Shown: piece by piece, positions 38,113-49,182 of the stretch
Numbering within the stretch: the stretch's first letter is position 1
How the letters are laid out: each line of letters begins with the position of its first letter
Assembly: GCF_006345805.1 (NCBI RefSeq)
Contig: NC_043018.1
Location: 18,724,001 to 18,788,000 of the forward strand
Length of the DNA stretch: 64,000 bases
Source: Octopus sinensis
Taxonomy: Eukaryota
Direction of reading: 5' to 3'
Program-made: the position numbers and the translations under genes
The notes under the pieces: model-generated
What the model saw: only the letters and a program-made list of their open reading frames with translations
Told to the model about the DNA's origin: nothing
The model's database searches: none

Positions 38113-38432
38113 GAAGGCACGTGGCTTAGTGGTTAGGGCATTTGACTCACAATTGTAAGGTCTGAGTTCAATTCCCAGCAAAGCATTGTGTCCTTGAGCA
38201 AGACACTTTATTTCACGTTGCTCCAGTCCACTCAGCTGGCAAAAATGAGTTGTACTTGTATTTCAAAGGGCCGGCCTTGTCACACTCTGTGTCATGCTGA
38301 ATCTCACTAAGAACTACATTAGGGATACATATGTCTGTGAATTACTCAGCCACTTGCATGTTAATTTCACGAGCAAGCTGTTCTGTTGATTCTATCACCT
38401 GGGACCCTCATTGTCGTAACCGATGGCATGCT
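38113..38432 (+). mobile_element. SINE family D, head variant 1
   Basis: gaaggcacgtggcttagtggttagggc...gagttcaattccc...tgtgtccttgagcaagacacttt + shared D tail. Confidence 0.9.
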
Positions 38433-38437
38433 CCTTT

Positions 38438-38818
38438 GTGGAAGTGGAATGGCCCAGTGGTTAGGGCAGCAGATTCGCAGTCATAGGATTGCAGTTTCAA
38501 TTCCCAGACCAAGCGTTGTGAGTGTTTATTGAGCAAAAACACCTAAAGCTCCACAAGGCTCCAGCAGGGGATGGTGGCAAACCCTGCTGTACTCTTTCAC
38601 CACAACTTTCTCTCACTCTTCCTTCTTCCTTCTGTTGTACCTGTATTTCAAAGGGCCAGCCTTATCACACTCTGTGTCATGCTGAATCTCCCCTGAGAAC
38701 TACATTAAGGGTACACGTGTCTGTGGAGTGCTCAGCCACTTGGACATTAATTTCACGAGCAGGCTGTTCCATTGATTCGGATCAACCGGAACCCTCATCG
38801 TCATAACCAATGGAGGGC
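38438..38818 (+). mobile_element. SINE family D, head variant 2, directly behind the previous copy
   Basis: gtggaagtggaatggcccagtggttagggc...cagtttcaattcccagacc, a different middle segment, and the same tail from gttgtacctgtatttcaaagggcc onward. Confidence 0.9.
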
Positions 38819-41800
38819 CACGATATATCCATGCATGTATGTATTCGTGCATGCCTGTATGTATACATGTGTGTATGCCTGCGTGCATTATGTGTGTATG
38901 TGTGCATGTTTAAAGACCAAATGGTGAATCGCTTTAATCAACTCTGATGTTCACATGAAACAAACTGTCCTGTGTTTCATTGAAAAGAAAGACATCAACA
39001 AATGCAGTGTCTGATTCATCGCTGTAGCTGGTCTGGCCACACTAATCTAGCAGCATCACTTCTGATGCCAATCAAAGCAGCATTATTATCTACTTGATAA
39101 CAATGGAGCAACAAAGATTGCAAGTCGACAAATTAACAGAACGGCAAAGTTGTTGAGTTCGCTGTCCAGCAAACAAGAAAAGAAGCAGCAACCACCAGCA
39201 ATCATGTTATGACTTTCCACTCTATTAGTATGGTAATTAGATTGTGTGATGACAATGTTAAATTGCTCCAGAGAAATTATTTGAATTAATTATTCCTGGA
39301 ATAACTCAATTACTTGGATCATTGTGGTGCTGTTAATAACCATAATTCTTTTGAAAACCTTTAACACTTTTCAGATTCCTATTTATTCAGACTGCTTTTC
39401 ATCTAAACGCTGATGTTTGGTCTACTGAATTCTCAAGAGTTAGGATCTGTCCTGATTCTGATTATGAATATAATTATGGTTTATATAATCAAGATTCTAT
39501 TCATGTTTTAACTTCAGGCTCTTTCCATAATACCTGCAAATATTCATTAAATCAAAAACCATAAGATGTCTTCAACGATACCTCTCATGTATTCGTTAAG
39601 TGTATTATAAATCACTTTATCAGCATATTATAATTATATTATACATACCTATATACATATATATACACATTATTTTACATACACATATACACATATATAC
39701 ATTATTTTACATATATGTATGTGTGTGTGTATATAATATATATATATATATATATATGTATAAACTTATATGCATATATAATGTAAGCCACAGAACCTCT
39801 CCAAAACTATACACCAACATCTAAGCATTATCCAAGTTTTAATAAGATTATCTAAGGGGGGAAAAAAACAGCCAATATCAATATAAGTAATCTCAGCAAA
39901 TCATGAATCCACAAACACTTTCCACTTTGCTTGAAGGACAACTCAGAATAATGATATTAAGACATTAAAAAATTCACAAACAAGTATAAAAAAAAAATAT
40001 ATATATATATACCCAACATCAGCTGCCAAATGGATATCATTATGGTTTTGACACCCATAATATATTATATACTATAAAGCTAAAATACTAACACTGTCCT
40101 TTGGGGTCACAGAGATTGGAGTTACCAGGGAGTTGCTTAATATACTTCTCCGCTCCCTTCTTTATCATTCCTAACACACCAATTACTACTGGTGTTATTG
40201 TAGTACTAAAGCTTCCACATTTTTCCGCATTCCTTTCTTGAGACATTTTGATCTTGTGAGACAGACATATCTCTTAACAGACAAGTTCTTTCATTGTAGT
40301 CAAAGAAAGAAACAACAGCCAAATTGGTTTGGATCAACTCATTATCACCATGACTGTCTTCTTTCAAAAACATGACCAATGTAAGGGAGAAATACCATTA
40401 TTAGTGCCAAGTTTGAGGTATTCTTCAGACTGAAGAATACCAGACTAAATGATTTTTCAATGTTATTTCAGAGCTGTTAACTATAGATTGAGAGGTCAAA
40501 TTTTGGTGGTGTGAACTGTGTTTTTCATCTTTGGTTGTCAAGGAAATAAAGTACCAGATATGCACTGCGGTCCATTCAAATTATAAGAACTACTCTCTGA
40601 CAAATTTCTGGCTCAGAACTAATGTAAGAGAAATCATTAGCATCATAATTTGCCAAGCCATTCATCAATCATAATTCATCAACCATCGTTAGTCATTGAT
40701 CACCACCACTCAGCTATCATCACTTGTTAACCTTCATTATTCACCAAGTATCATTATTTACATGTTATAATTCATCAATCATCACCATTCATCAATAACC
40801 AGATATCAATCATAATTCATTGACTATCATCAATCATTAATAATCATCATTCATCAATCATCTACCATCATTCATCAATAATCAATCACAATTCATTTCT
40901 TGCCATCAGCTGTTAAGCATCATCATTCATCTGTCATTATTCATCATCATTTATAATGCCATAATTCATCAGTCATCACCATTCATCAGTTATTATCACC
41001 AGTGGAATGTGTAATTTTCCAAACATTTACTCACAAACACTCATTTAAAATACGTCTTGCTTGGAGAGGCAAGGGTACATTTTGGCCACATCCCTCAGGC
41101 AGTTCAAACTCATTTATTCTTAATTATTACTGTTATCACTGAAGACTGGGTGTTTGGATTCCCTTATACCAGCATTCCTGAAAAACTAATACTGATAACT
41201 TCACTTAGAGCATTTTTAATTACAAACTGAAGTTTTTAGAGATAGGGGGGAGGGTTATTTCTATCACATAGAAGAGGCATTGTGAATGATTAAAGGTATC
41301 AATCACATCAATCAATATAAAGTCAATAGCAGAGGGTGAAGTAATTGAAATCTTTGAGATCCAATATGGCCGATGTAGGCGAAAGTGGAGAGAAGGGCTG
41401 AGACCGTCTCACAGATTTGCAAACACACACACACACACACATGTACATAATACATACACATACACACACACAAACACACACAATTAGGTCCACAATTCTC
41501 AACATCATCCTCGCTCTCTCTTTTTTTTTTTTTACCAAAACAATGTGCTTGTGTCCGATTATACTTCGGTGCAGGGGTCACAGAGTGTGGGGCTGAGGGG
41601 CTGGCATAATCTAAAGCTTCCTGTTCATAATCCACACTTTTCATTTCTACACACACATACACACAAACACACATGCATATGTACATACATGCACATGGAC
41701 ACACAGACACACATACATACATACGTACACGCAGAGACGCAGGCCAGCAATATCGGATCGGATGAAGTGCTGTGACAAGAGTTCCATAACAGAGCTGTCC

Positions 41801-42179
41801 ATGTTTACAGATTGTTTTAGCAGAGAAAAGAAGAAACAAATGACAACAACAAAAATTCCAGAAAAATACAACAACAACAGCAACAACAACAACAAAAACA
41901 ACAAAAACAACACTGAACAAAAGCTAAAAAAAAAAAAAATAGAAAAAAAAAAAAGAAAACATGGTTCGTCCATTTCATTCCAGAACATGAAATAATTTTG
42001 TTTTGCTCCACGCCAACAACAACAACAACAACAACAAAATCAATTACAACAACAACAACAACAGCAACAACAACAACAAACGAATGATTAAAAATAAAAG
42101 GTCATGTAAGAACAAAGTACTTCTATATTTTTGTTTTACTCGTTTTTTACATTATTAATTCTTTCATTGTTTTCTGGGA

Positions 42180-42270
42180 ATGATGGCAATGATGATGATG
42201 ATGATGATGGTGGTAGTGGTGATGATGGTGATGATGGTGGTGGTGGTGGTGGTGATGATGATGGTGGTGG

Positions 42271-42301
<31 letters not shown>

Positions 42302-42620
42302 GGTGATGATGATGATGGTGGTGATGATGATGATGATGGTGATGGTGGTGGTGGAGATGATGATGGTGATGGTGGTGGTGGTGGTGATGATGATGGTGGT
42401 GGTGGTGATGATGATTATGGTGGTAGTCATGGTAGTAGTGGAGATGGTGATAATGATTATTATTATTATTATTATAATTATTATTATTATTATATTGGTG
42501 GTGCTGAATGAAGTTGATGACAGTGATGATGGTGATGGTGATGGTGGTGATGATCATAATGACGATGATAGTGATGGTGATGATGATAAACATGATAATG
42601 ATGATGATGATGATGATGCA
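42180..42620. repeat. (GAT/GGT)n compound array
   Basis: Directly visible. Confidence 0.95.
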
Positions 42621-42939
42621 GTTTCACTAAACACACACATAAACACACGCATGCACACACACACACACGTGTGTATTTCATACAAAACATCCATTAGGTT
42701 GGAAGAACGTACAAGAATAATTAAAAATAAAATATAATTTTTCAAAAATAAGTAAAAACAAAAACAGCAAAAGTAGAGAGAAAAATATCAAAGACACATA
42801 TGAACAAAGTTTATTACATCAAAATTAAAATGTTCCTGAATTAACATTTTCATATAACGAGAAAATCTCGCACCACCACCACCGACTCCCTCTCTTCCTG
42901 TTTATCTCTCTGTCCAACCATATCTAATGCTCCACCCAT

Positions 42940-43163
42940 CTATTTATCTATCTCTCTATCCATTCCTGTCTGTCTGAGTCTGTCTGTCTATCCATGTATC
43001 GGTCAGTCTATCGATGTCTATTTATTTATCTACCACTCTATCTATCTGTCTATCATATATATAAATATACATATATATACATACATACATACACACATAT
43101 ATATATATATGTCAGTCTATCTATCTCTCCATTTATCCATCCATCCATCCATCCATCCCTGTC

Positions 43164-43210
<47 letters not shown>

Positions 43211-43660
43211 GTCTATCTGTTGATCAGTCTGTCTATTTGTCGGTGTATCTGTCTATCTGTCTGTCTATCTATCTATCTGTTTGTCTATTTGTCTGTCTAT
43301 CTGCCTGCCTGTCTGTCTGACTGTCTGTCTGTCTATCTGACTGTCTATCTGTCTGCCTAACTGTCTGTCTATCTGTCAAACTGTTTGTCTATCTGTCTGT
43401 CAATCTGATTGTCTGTCTGTCTATCTGACTGTCTGTCTGTCTATCTGTCTGTCTGTCTATCTGCCTGCCTGTCTGTCTGCCTGTCTATCTGACTGTCTGT
43501 CTGTCTATCTATCTGTCTGTCTGTCTATCTGTCTGTCTGTCTATTTGTCTGTCTATCTGTCTATCTATCTATTTATCTATCTATCTATCTGTCTGTCTGA
43601 TTGTCTGTCTATCTGACTGTCTGTCTATCTGTCTGCCTATCTGTCCGTCTGTCTACCTCT
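42940..43660. repeat. (TCTA/TCTG/TCCA)n tetranucleotide array
   Basis: Directly visible. Confidence 0.95.
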
Positions 43661-43849
43661 TCCTCTAATTAAATGTCCATCGGCTCCTCTTTTGCTCTCC
43701 ATGATATAACTCTCCATCTGTCTAACTTGTTCACAGTCTCTTGTTCTCTTTTACAAATAATTCTAGACGTACATCTAAGGCCATGCTGGAGCACCACCAT
43801 GACTTATAAATGTATATTACACACAATACACACACACTTTCGCTCTTCC

Positions 43850-43943
43850 CCCTATCTCCTTTCTCTCAACCACTTCTCTCTTTCTCTCTTTCTCTCTCTC
43901 TTCCTCTCTCTCTTTCTCTCTTTCTCTCTTTCTCTCTCTCTTC

Positions 43944-43975
<32 letters not shown>

Positions 43976-44185
43976 TTCTCTCTCTCTTCCTCTCTCTCTT
44001 TCTCTCTTCTCCCTCTCTCTCTCTCTCTCTTTCTCTCTCTTTCCCTCTCTTCCTCTCTCTTTCTCCTCTCTTCCTCTCTCTCTCTCTCTCTCCTTTCTCT
44101 CTTTCTCCCCTCTCCTCTCTTCTCTCGTTCTCTCTTTCTCTCTCTCTTCCTCTCTTCTCTCTCTCTCTCTTTCTCCCTCTCTTCC

Positions 44186-44235
<50 letters not shown>

Positions 44236-44240
44236 TCCCC
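43850..44240. repeat. Polypyrimidine (CT-rich) tract
   Basis: Almost exclusively C/T on the + strand for about 365 bp (43875-44239). Confidence 0.95.
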
Positions 44241-44489
44241 AGACACCCAAACATTAGGCTTTTCTTTTATATATTTTAATAATTTTCTTTTTTACCGTCG
44301 TTTTCAAACTAACGAGGAAACTCAAATAAATTTAATTTCCTCGTTACAATCTTCGTTTTTGTCTTGCTTGCTCTTTCCTTTCTTTTTTTTTTCTTGTTTT
44401 AGTTGTTATTGTTGTCAAAAGAGAGGTGAAAGGATGGCGAATTTTGTTTTGGTTCAAACAACATTATAATATGAATTGTTCTGACAAAA

Positions 44490-45030
44490 TACATTCAGTA
44501 CACACACACACACACATGTCCAGGTACATGCACACACTCACACACATGCATACATGTCCAGACACACACACATACACATTTATACATGTCCAAACACATA
44601 CATGTCTACAAGTGCATACACACTCACACATTAACACAACCACACACAAACACACGTCCAAGCACACACACATGTCCAAGTGCATACACACGTCCAAGCA
44701 TACACACACACACACACACATGTCCAGGCACATGCACACACTCACACACATGCATACATGTATACATGTCCAGACACACACACACACACAGATTAATGCA
44801 TGCATACACACATACACATTCATACATGTCCAGACACACACACATACACATTCATACATGTCCAAACACATACATGTCTACAAGTGCATACACACTCACA
44901 CATTAACACAACCACACACAAACACACGTCCAAGCACACACACACACACACACACTTGTCCAAGTGCATAAACACACCCAAGCACACACACACACACACA
45001 CACACAGACACAGACACATACACACACACT
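44490..45030. repeat. CA-based complex minisatellite with a ~272-bp block duplication
   Basis: catgtccaaacacatacatgtctacaagtgcatacacactcacacattaacacaacc occurs at 44585 and 44857. Confidence 0.9.
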
Positions 45031-45137
45031 GAATTCCAGAAATAAACCTAGGAACACAGAATTCTGTCCTTGTATATAAACAAGTTCAGTGGATGGGAAC
45101 AAAAGCTTATAAATACCAGATAGCGTTGTTGTTGTTG

Positions 45138-45168
<31 letters not shown>

Positions 45169-45304
45169 ATTATTATCATTATTATTATTGTTGTTATTAT
45201 TATTATTTCCATGTGATCTAATAGCATTACCACATTCCGCCATGTAATACTGTGGCTGCAGTTAGTTCTGACGTTTGCTGTTATAATCTATTTGGTTTTA
45301 CACC

Positions 45305-45875
45305 ACCATGTTGATGATGATGATGGTGATGATGATGGTGATGGTGATGGTGGTGATGGTGATGGTGATGATGATGAAGGTGATGATTTTGTTAATGATG
45401 ATGATGATGATGATGACTACAACGATGTTGATGGTGATGATGATGATGTTGATGATGATGATGATGATGATGAAGATGGTGATGATGTTGTTAATGATGA
45501 TGATGTTGATGATGATGATGATGATGATGGTGATGGTGATGATGTTGTTAATGATGATGATGATGATGATGATGACTACAATGATGTTGATGGTGATGAT
45601 GATGATGTTGATGATGGTGATGATTTTGTTAATGATGATGATGATGATGATGACTACAACGATGTTGATGGTGATGATGATGATGTTGATGATGATGATG
45701 ATGATGATGAAGATGGTGATGATGTTGTTAATGATGATGATGTTGATGATGATGATGATGATGATGGTGATGGTGATGATGTTGTTAATGATGATGATGA
45801 TGCTGATGATGACTACAGTGATGATGATGATGATGATGATGATGGTGATGACGGTGGTGATGTTGATGCTGTGGA
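45305..45875. repeat. (GAT)n array with a ~237-bp higher-order duplication
   Basis: gattttgttaatgat...gactacaacgatgttgatggt recurs (tttt at 45387 and 45624). Confidence 0.95.
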
Positions 45876-45899
45876 TGTAATTTCATTACGTGATACCTA

Positions 45900-46835
45900 T
45901 AAGATGGCAGAAGAGTTAGAGCATCAAACGAAATGCTTTGCTGTATTTTTTCCAAGCATCTACGTTCCCGGTTCAAATCCCATCAAGGGCAACATTGTCT
46001 TTCATCCTTCTGGCGATGAACAACATAAGGTACTAATCAAGTACTGGGAGCAGCAGTGGGGGGGGTCAATGTAACCAAGTTAGCAGCCTCCCCTTAAAAT
46101 TCTTGGCCTTGCACCAAAATCTGAAACCATCGTTGGACAAAATGCTAAGTGGCATTTCTTCCAGTTTTACTTTCTGGATTCAAATTCCGCCAAGGCCAAC
46201 TTTGCCTTTCGTCCTTTCAGGGTCAATAGAATAAGTACCAGTTCCATACTGGGGTCGATGTAATTGACTCACTCCACCCCCTCCCCCAGTACTGTTGGCC
46301 TTGTGCCAATAGTAGAAAGAATTGTCATTATTATCATTATAATAATAATAATTATTGTTGTTGTTGTTGTTAATATAGTGCGCTGGCAGAATCATTAGCA
46401 AGCTGGACAAAATGATTCACAGCATCTCTTCTGGCCTTATGTTCCAAGTTCAAATGCCACCAAAGTCGGCTTTGCTTTGCATTTTTTATGAGTCGCTGAA
46501 ATAAGTACTAGTCATGCACTGGGGGTCAATGTAATTGATCAGTGCCCTCCCCAAACTTTCAGGGTTTATGCCCATATTAGAAAGGATTGTTGCTGTTAAT
46601 ATCATTATCATTATTAACGAAGGCAGCGAGCTGGCAGGATCGTTAGCGCACCAGACAACATGCTTAGCGGTATTTCAGCCGTTGCTATGTTCTGAGTTCA
46701 AATTCCGCCAAGGTCGACTTATACTTTCATCTTTTCGGGGTCCATAAATTAAGTACCAGTGAAACACTGGGGTCGATATAATCGACTAGTCCCCTCCCCA
46801 CAAATTTCAGGCCTTGTGCCTATAGCAGAAAGGAT
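45900..46835 (+). mobile_element. Train of four family B SINEs (about 45900-46125, 46130-46320, 46378-46588, 46620-46835)
   Basis: B box, central ctttgcctttc.tcc domain and ...ggccttgtgcc.atagtagaaagg tail are recognisable in each. All on the + strand; the last is the least diverged. Confidence 0.8.
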
Positions 46836-46855
46836 TATTATCATCATCATCATCA

Positions 46856-46913
<58 letters not shown>

Positions 46914-46995
46914 CATTATTATTATTATCATTATTATTATTATTATCATTATTATTATTATTATTATTATCATCATTATTATTATTATTATCATT

Positions 46996-47036
<41 letters not shown>

Positions 47037-47160
47037 CATCATTATTATTATTATCATTATTATTATTATCATTATTATTATTATTATCATTATTATTATT
47101 ATTATCATCATTATTATTATTATTATCATTATTATTATTATTACTTTTTTTATTATTATT
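46836..47160. repeat. (ATT/ATC)n array ending ~170 bp upstream of the GPCR start codon
   Basis: Directly visible; continues the tail of the last family B copy. Confidence 0.95.
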
Positions 47161-47330
47161 TCAGCTGGAATACAATCCTACGAGTGAACATTTACCGATG
47201 TATTGATGAGGAAGAGAAATGAGAGAATGAGGAGACAGAATTAGCTGCAATATGTTTTTAAAAAACACAAGGTAAAAAAAAACATGCATTAAAAAATTTT
47301 ATACAGCTTTAAATCGACAGGGACGCTAAA

Positions 47331-48995
47331 ATGAATTCTTCAAAATTCTTAAGCAAAGACGACTTGTTTGCCGATGTGAAGGTACCGAATGACTCGAAAT
47401 TGAAAGAGATAGAACAGAATTTCAATGACAGTGAATGGCTCAATAAATCTAATCCATGTGGTGTTAATACAACAGGATGGCTTCTGCTGGAACCAATCTG
47501 TTCAACTCGTTACGATTCCTTTGTTGTTCTTTTAGCTGTAGCGATAATTCTGGGATTTATAATAGTGCTGACAATATTCGGCAATTTCATGGTGCTTCTA
47601 GCTTTGTACAAATACAAAGGATTAAGAACTTTATCGAACTGCTTGATAGGTAATCTAGCGATAAGTGACTTCTTGTTATCTGTCACAGTACTTCCAATCT
47701 CAGCAAGCTACGATGTCCTCGGCTACTGGGTGTTTGGAAACATTACTTGCATGTTATGGTTGTGCATAGATGTTTTGTATTGTACTGCTTCTATTTGGGG
47801 ACTGTGTACAATTGCTGTCGATAGATACACAGCCACTGTTTACCCGATATGGTACCAAACACAAGACACTTCAAAGCGAGCCATATTTTACATCATAACC
47901 GTTTGGCTCTTTTCTATTGTAATCTCAATTGCACCTTTCATCGGCTGGCGCCATATGCTAACAACATTTTTCCAGTTCAATACCTTAATCAAAGCTCACG
48001 ACTGTATCTTGTTCATGACACAGAGTTTTGTACTCTACTCAGCATTTGGTTCTTTTATAATACCAATGTTTTTGATGTTTTTCATTTATGTGCGTATTTT
48101 TATGGAACTACGAAAACGGTCAAAGGCACGACAAGCAAAAATCCAGGGCCAGACCCAGTTCAAAAACTCAAAAGAGAAATCTACCGTGTCTTCACCGAAA
48201 ACAGAAGAAACGTTTGAAATGCATCCATTGGAGAAACAGACGACCAATGGCAACATGTGGCCGACTGACAACCGTCAGAGCAGTCAGTTGTTGTCCATTG
48301 AAACTGATGAATCTGCTTTGACCGATGATGACCACGCAGATAAAACTGCAACTTTGGTGATGTCGTCAGAGAGTGATACGACAAGTAATGCCAAACTGGA
48401 AGGTCAGCTTCTGAAGTGTGCACCAGAGACAACCGACTCGGAAAGAGAGCTGCTCATGGTCACATCGACTTCCCACAGCGACTCGGAGAAGGAAAACTGC
48501 ACCGCTGCAGCGCCTGCAGCAGATTCGAAAGCAGCACTGGAGAAATCCGAGGAATCGGCCAATGCTAAAGCTTCCAAGACCATGCGCCAGAGAGCCATCA
48601 ACATCATCAGTGAGTTCTCAAAGAATGATTCTAAGTCCCGCAAGGGAAAACACAGGGTTCACACTCTACAGAAAATGCCAGAAAAGTCGACAAAGCCGGC
48701 GCTGATGAATGCCAATGTCAAACGTCGATTTGAGCAGCGAGAACAGCGAGCAACGAAGAGAATGGCACTTATCATGGCCATTTTCTGCCTCTGTTGGATG
48801 CCGTTCACCTTTATGTATGTAATTCGTAGTTTCTGCTCAAACTGTGGAATCAATCCACATTTGCAATCTTTTATCATTTGGCTCGGTTACGTCAATTCAA
48901 CCCTAAACCCATTACTCTACACAATATTCAATGAGGATTTCCGTAAAGCTTTCATACACATCATTTTATGTCGGAAAGTCACAGCAAAGTTCTGA
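47331..48995 (+). CDS. Intronless aminergic class A GPCR, octopamine/tyramine receptor family (Lymnaea octopamine receptor 2-like), 554 aa
   Basis: Seven hydrophobic helices with GN (TM1), NLAISD (TM2), C..WLCIDVLYCTASIWGLCTIAVDRY (amine-binding D3.32 and DRY), W4.50, YSAFGSFIIP (TM5 serines), REQRATKRM..CWMPF (TM6) and WLGYVNSTLNPLLY..FNEDFRKAF (TM7/helix 8). Several N-terminal N-x-S/T sites, ~220-aa ICL3 and a short C-tail. Subtype assignment rests on recalled similarity. Confidence 0.95.
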   Translation: MNSSKFLSKDDLFADVKVPNDSKLKEIEQNFNDSEWLNKSNPCGVNTTGWLLLEPICSTRYDSFVVLLAVAIILGFIIVLTIFGNFMVLLALYKYKGLRTLSNCLIGNLAISDFLLSVTVLPISASYDVLGYWVFGNITCMLWLCIDVLYCTASIWGLCTIAVDRYTATVYPIWYQTQDTSKRAIFYIITVWLFSIVISIAPFIGWRHMLTTFFQFNTLIKAHDCILFMTQSFVLYSAFGSFIIPMFLMFFIYVRIFMELRKRSKARQAKIQGQTQFKNSKEKSTVSSPKTEETFEMHPLEKQTTNGNMWPTDNRQSSQLLSIETDESALTDDDHADKTATLVMSSESDTTSNAKLEGQLLKCAPETTDSERELLMVTSTSHSDSEKENCTAAAPAADSKAALEKSEESANAKASKTMRQRAINIISEFSKNDSKSRKGKHRVHTLQKMPEKSTKPALMNANVKRRFEQREQRATKRMALIMAIFCLCWMPFTFMYVIRSFCSNCGINPHLQSFIIWLGYVNSTLNPLLYTIFNEDFRKAFIHIILCRKVTAKF

Positions 48996-49151
48996 TCACT
49001 AATTCTTCTTTATAAAAACTACATGGGAAATACCTTTAGAAAAGAAAAAAAAAAAATAGTCTGAAATGTTCCTAGATTAGGCTTATCAAAAGAGAAAGGA
49101 ACACACCATGTCATACAATTGTCCCATTGAATAGAAATTGTAAAGAAAAAT

Positions 49152-49182
<31 letters not shown>

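Noticed and set aside
41785-41810. GCTGTCCATG as a REST/NRSE-like site near a neural gene
   Set aside because: Only a half-site match, which is expected by chance in 64 kb.
45292-46074. 260-aa Asp-rich ORF resembling an acidic biomineralisation protein
   Set aside because: It is a (GAT)n array running into SINE sequence, with no signal peptide. The same applies to 33259-33594 and 42131-42511.
47849-48877. Short alternative-frame and antisense ORFs overlapping the GPCR
   Set aside because: These are shadows of the real coding sequence, with no independent evidence.
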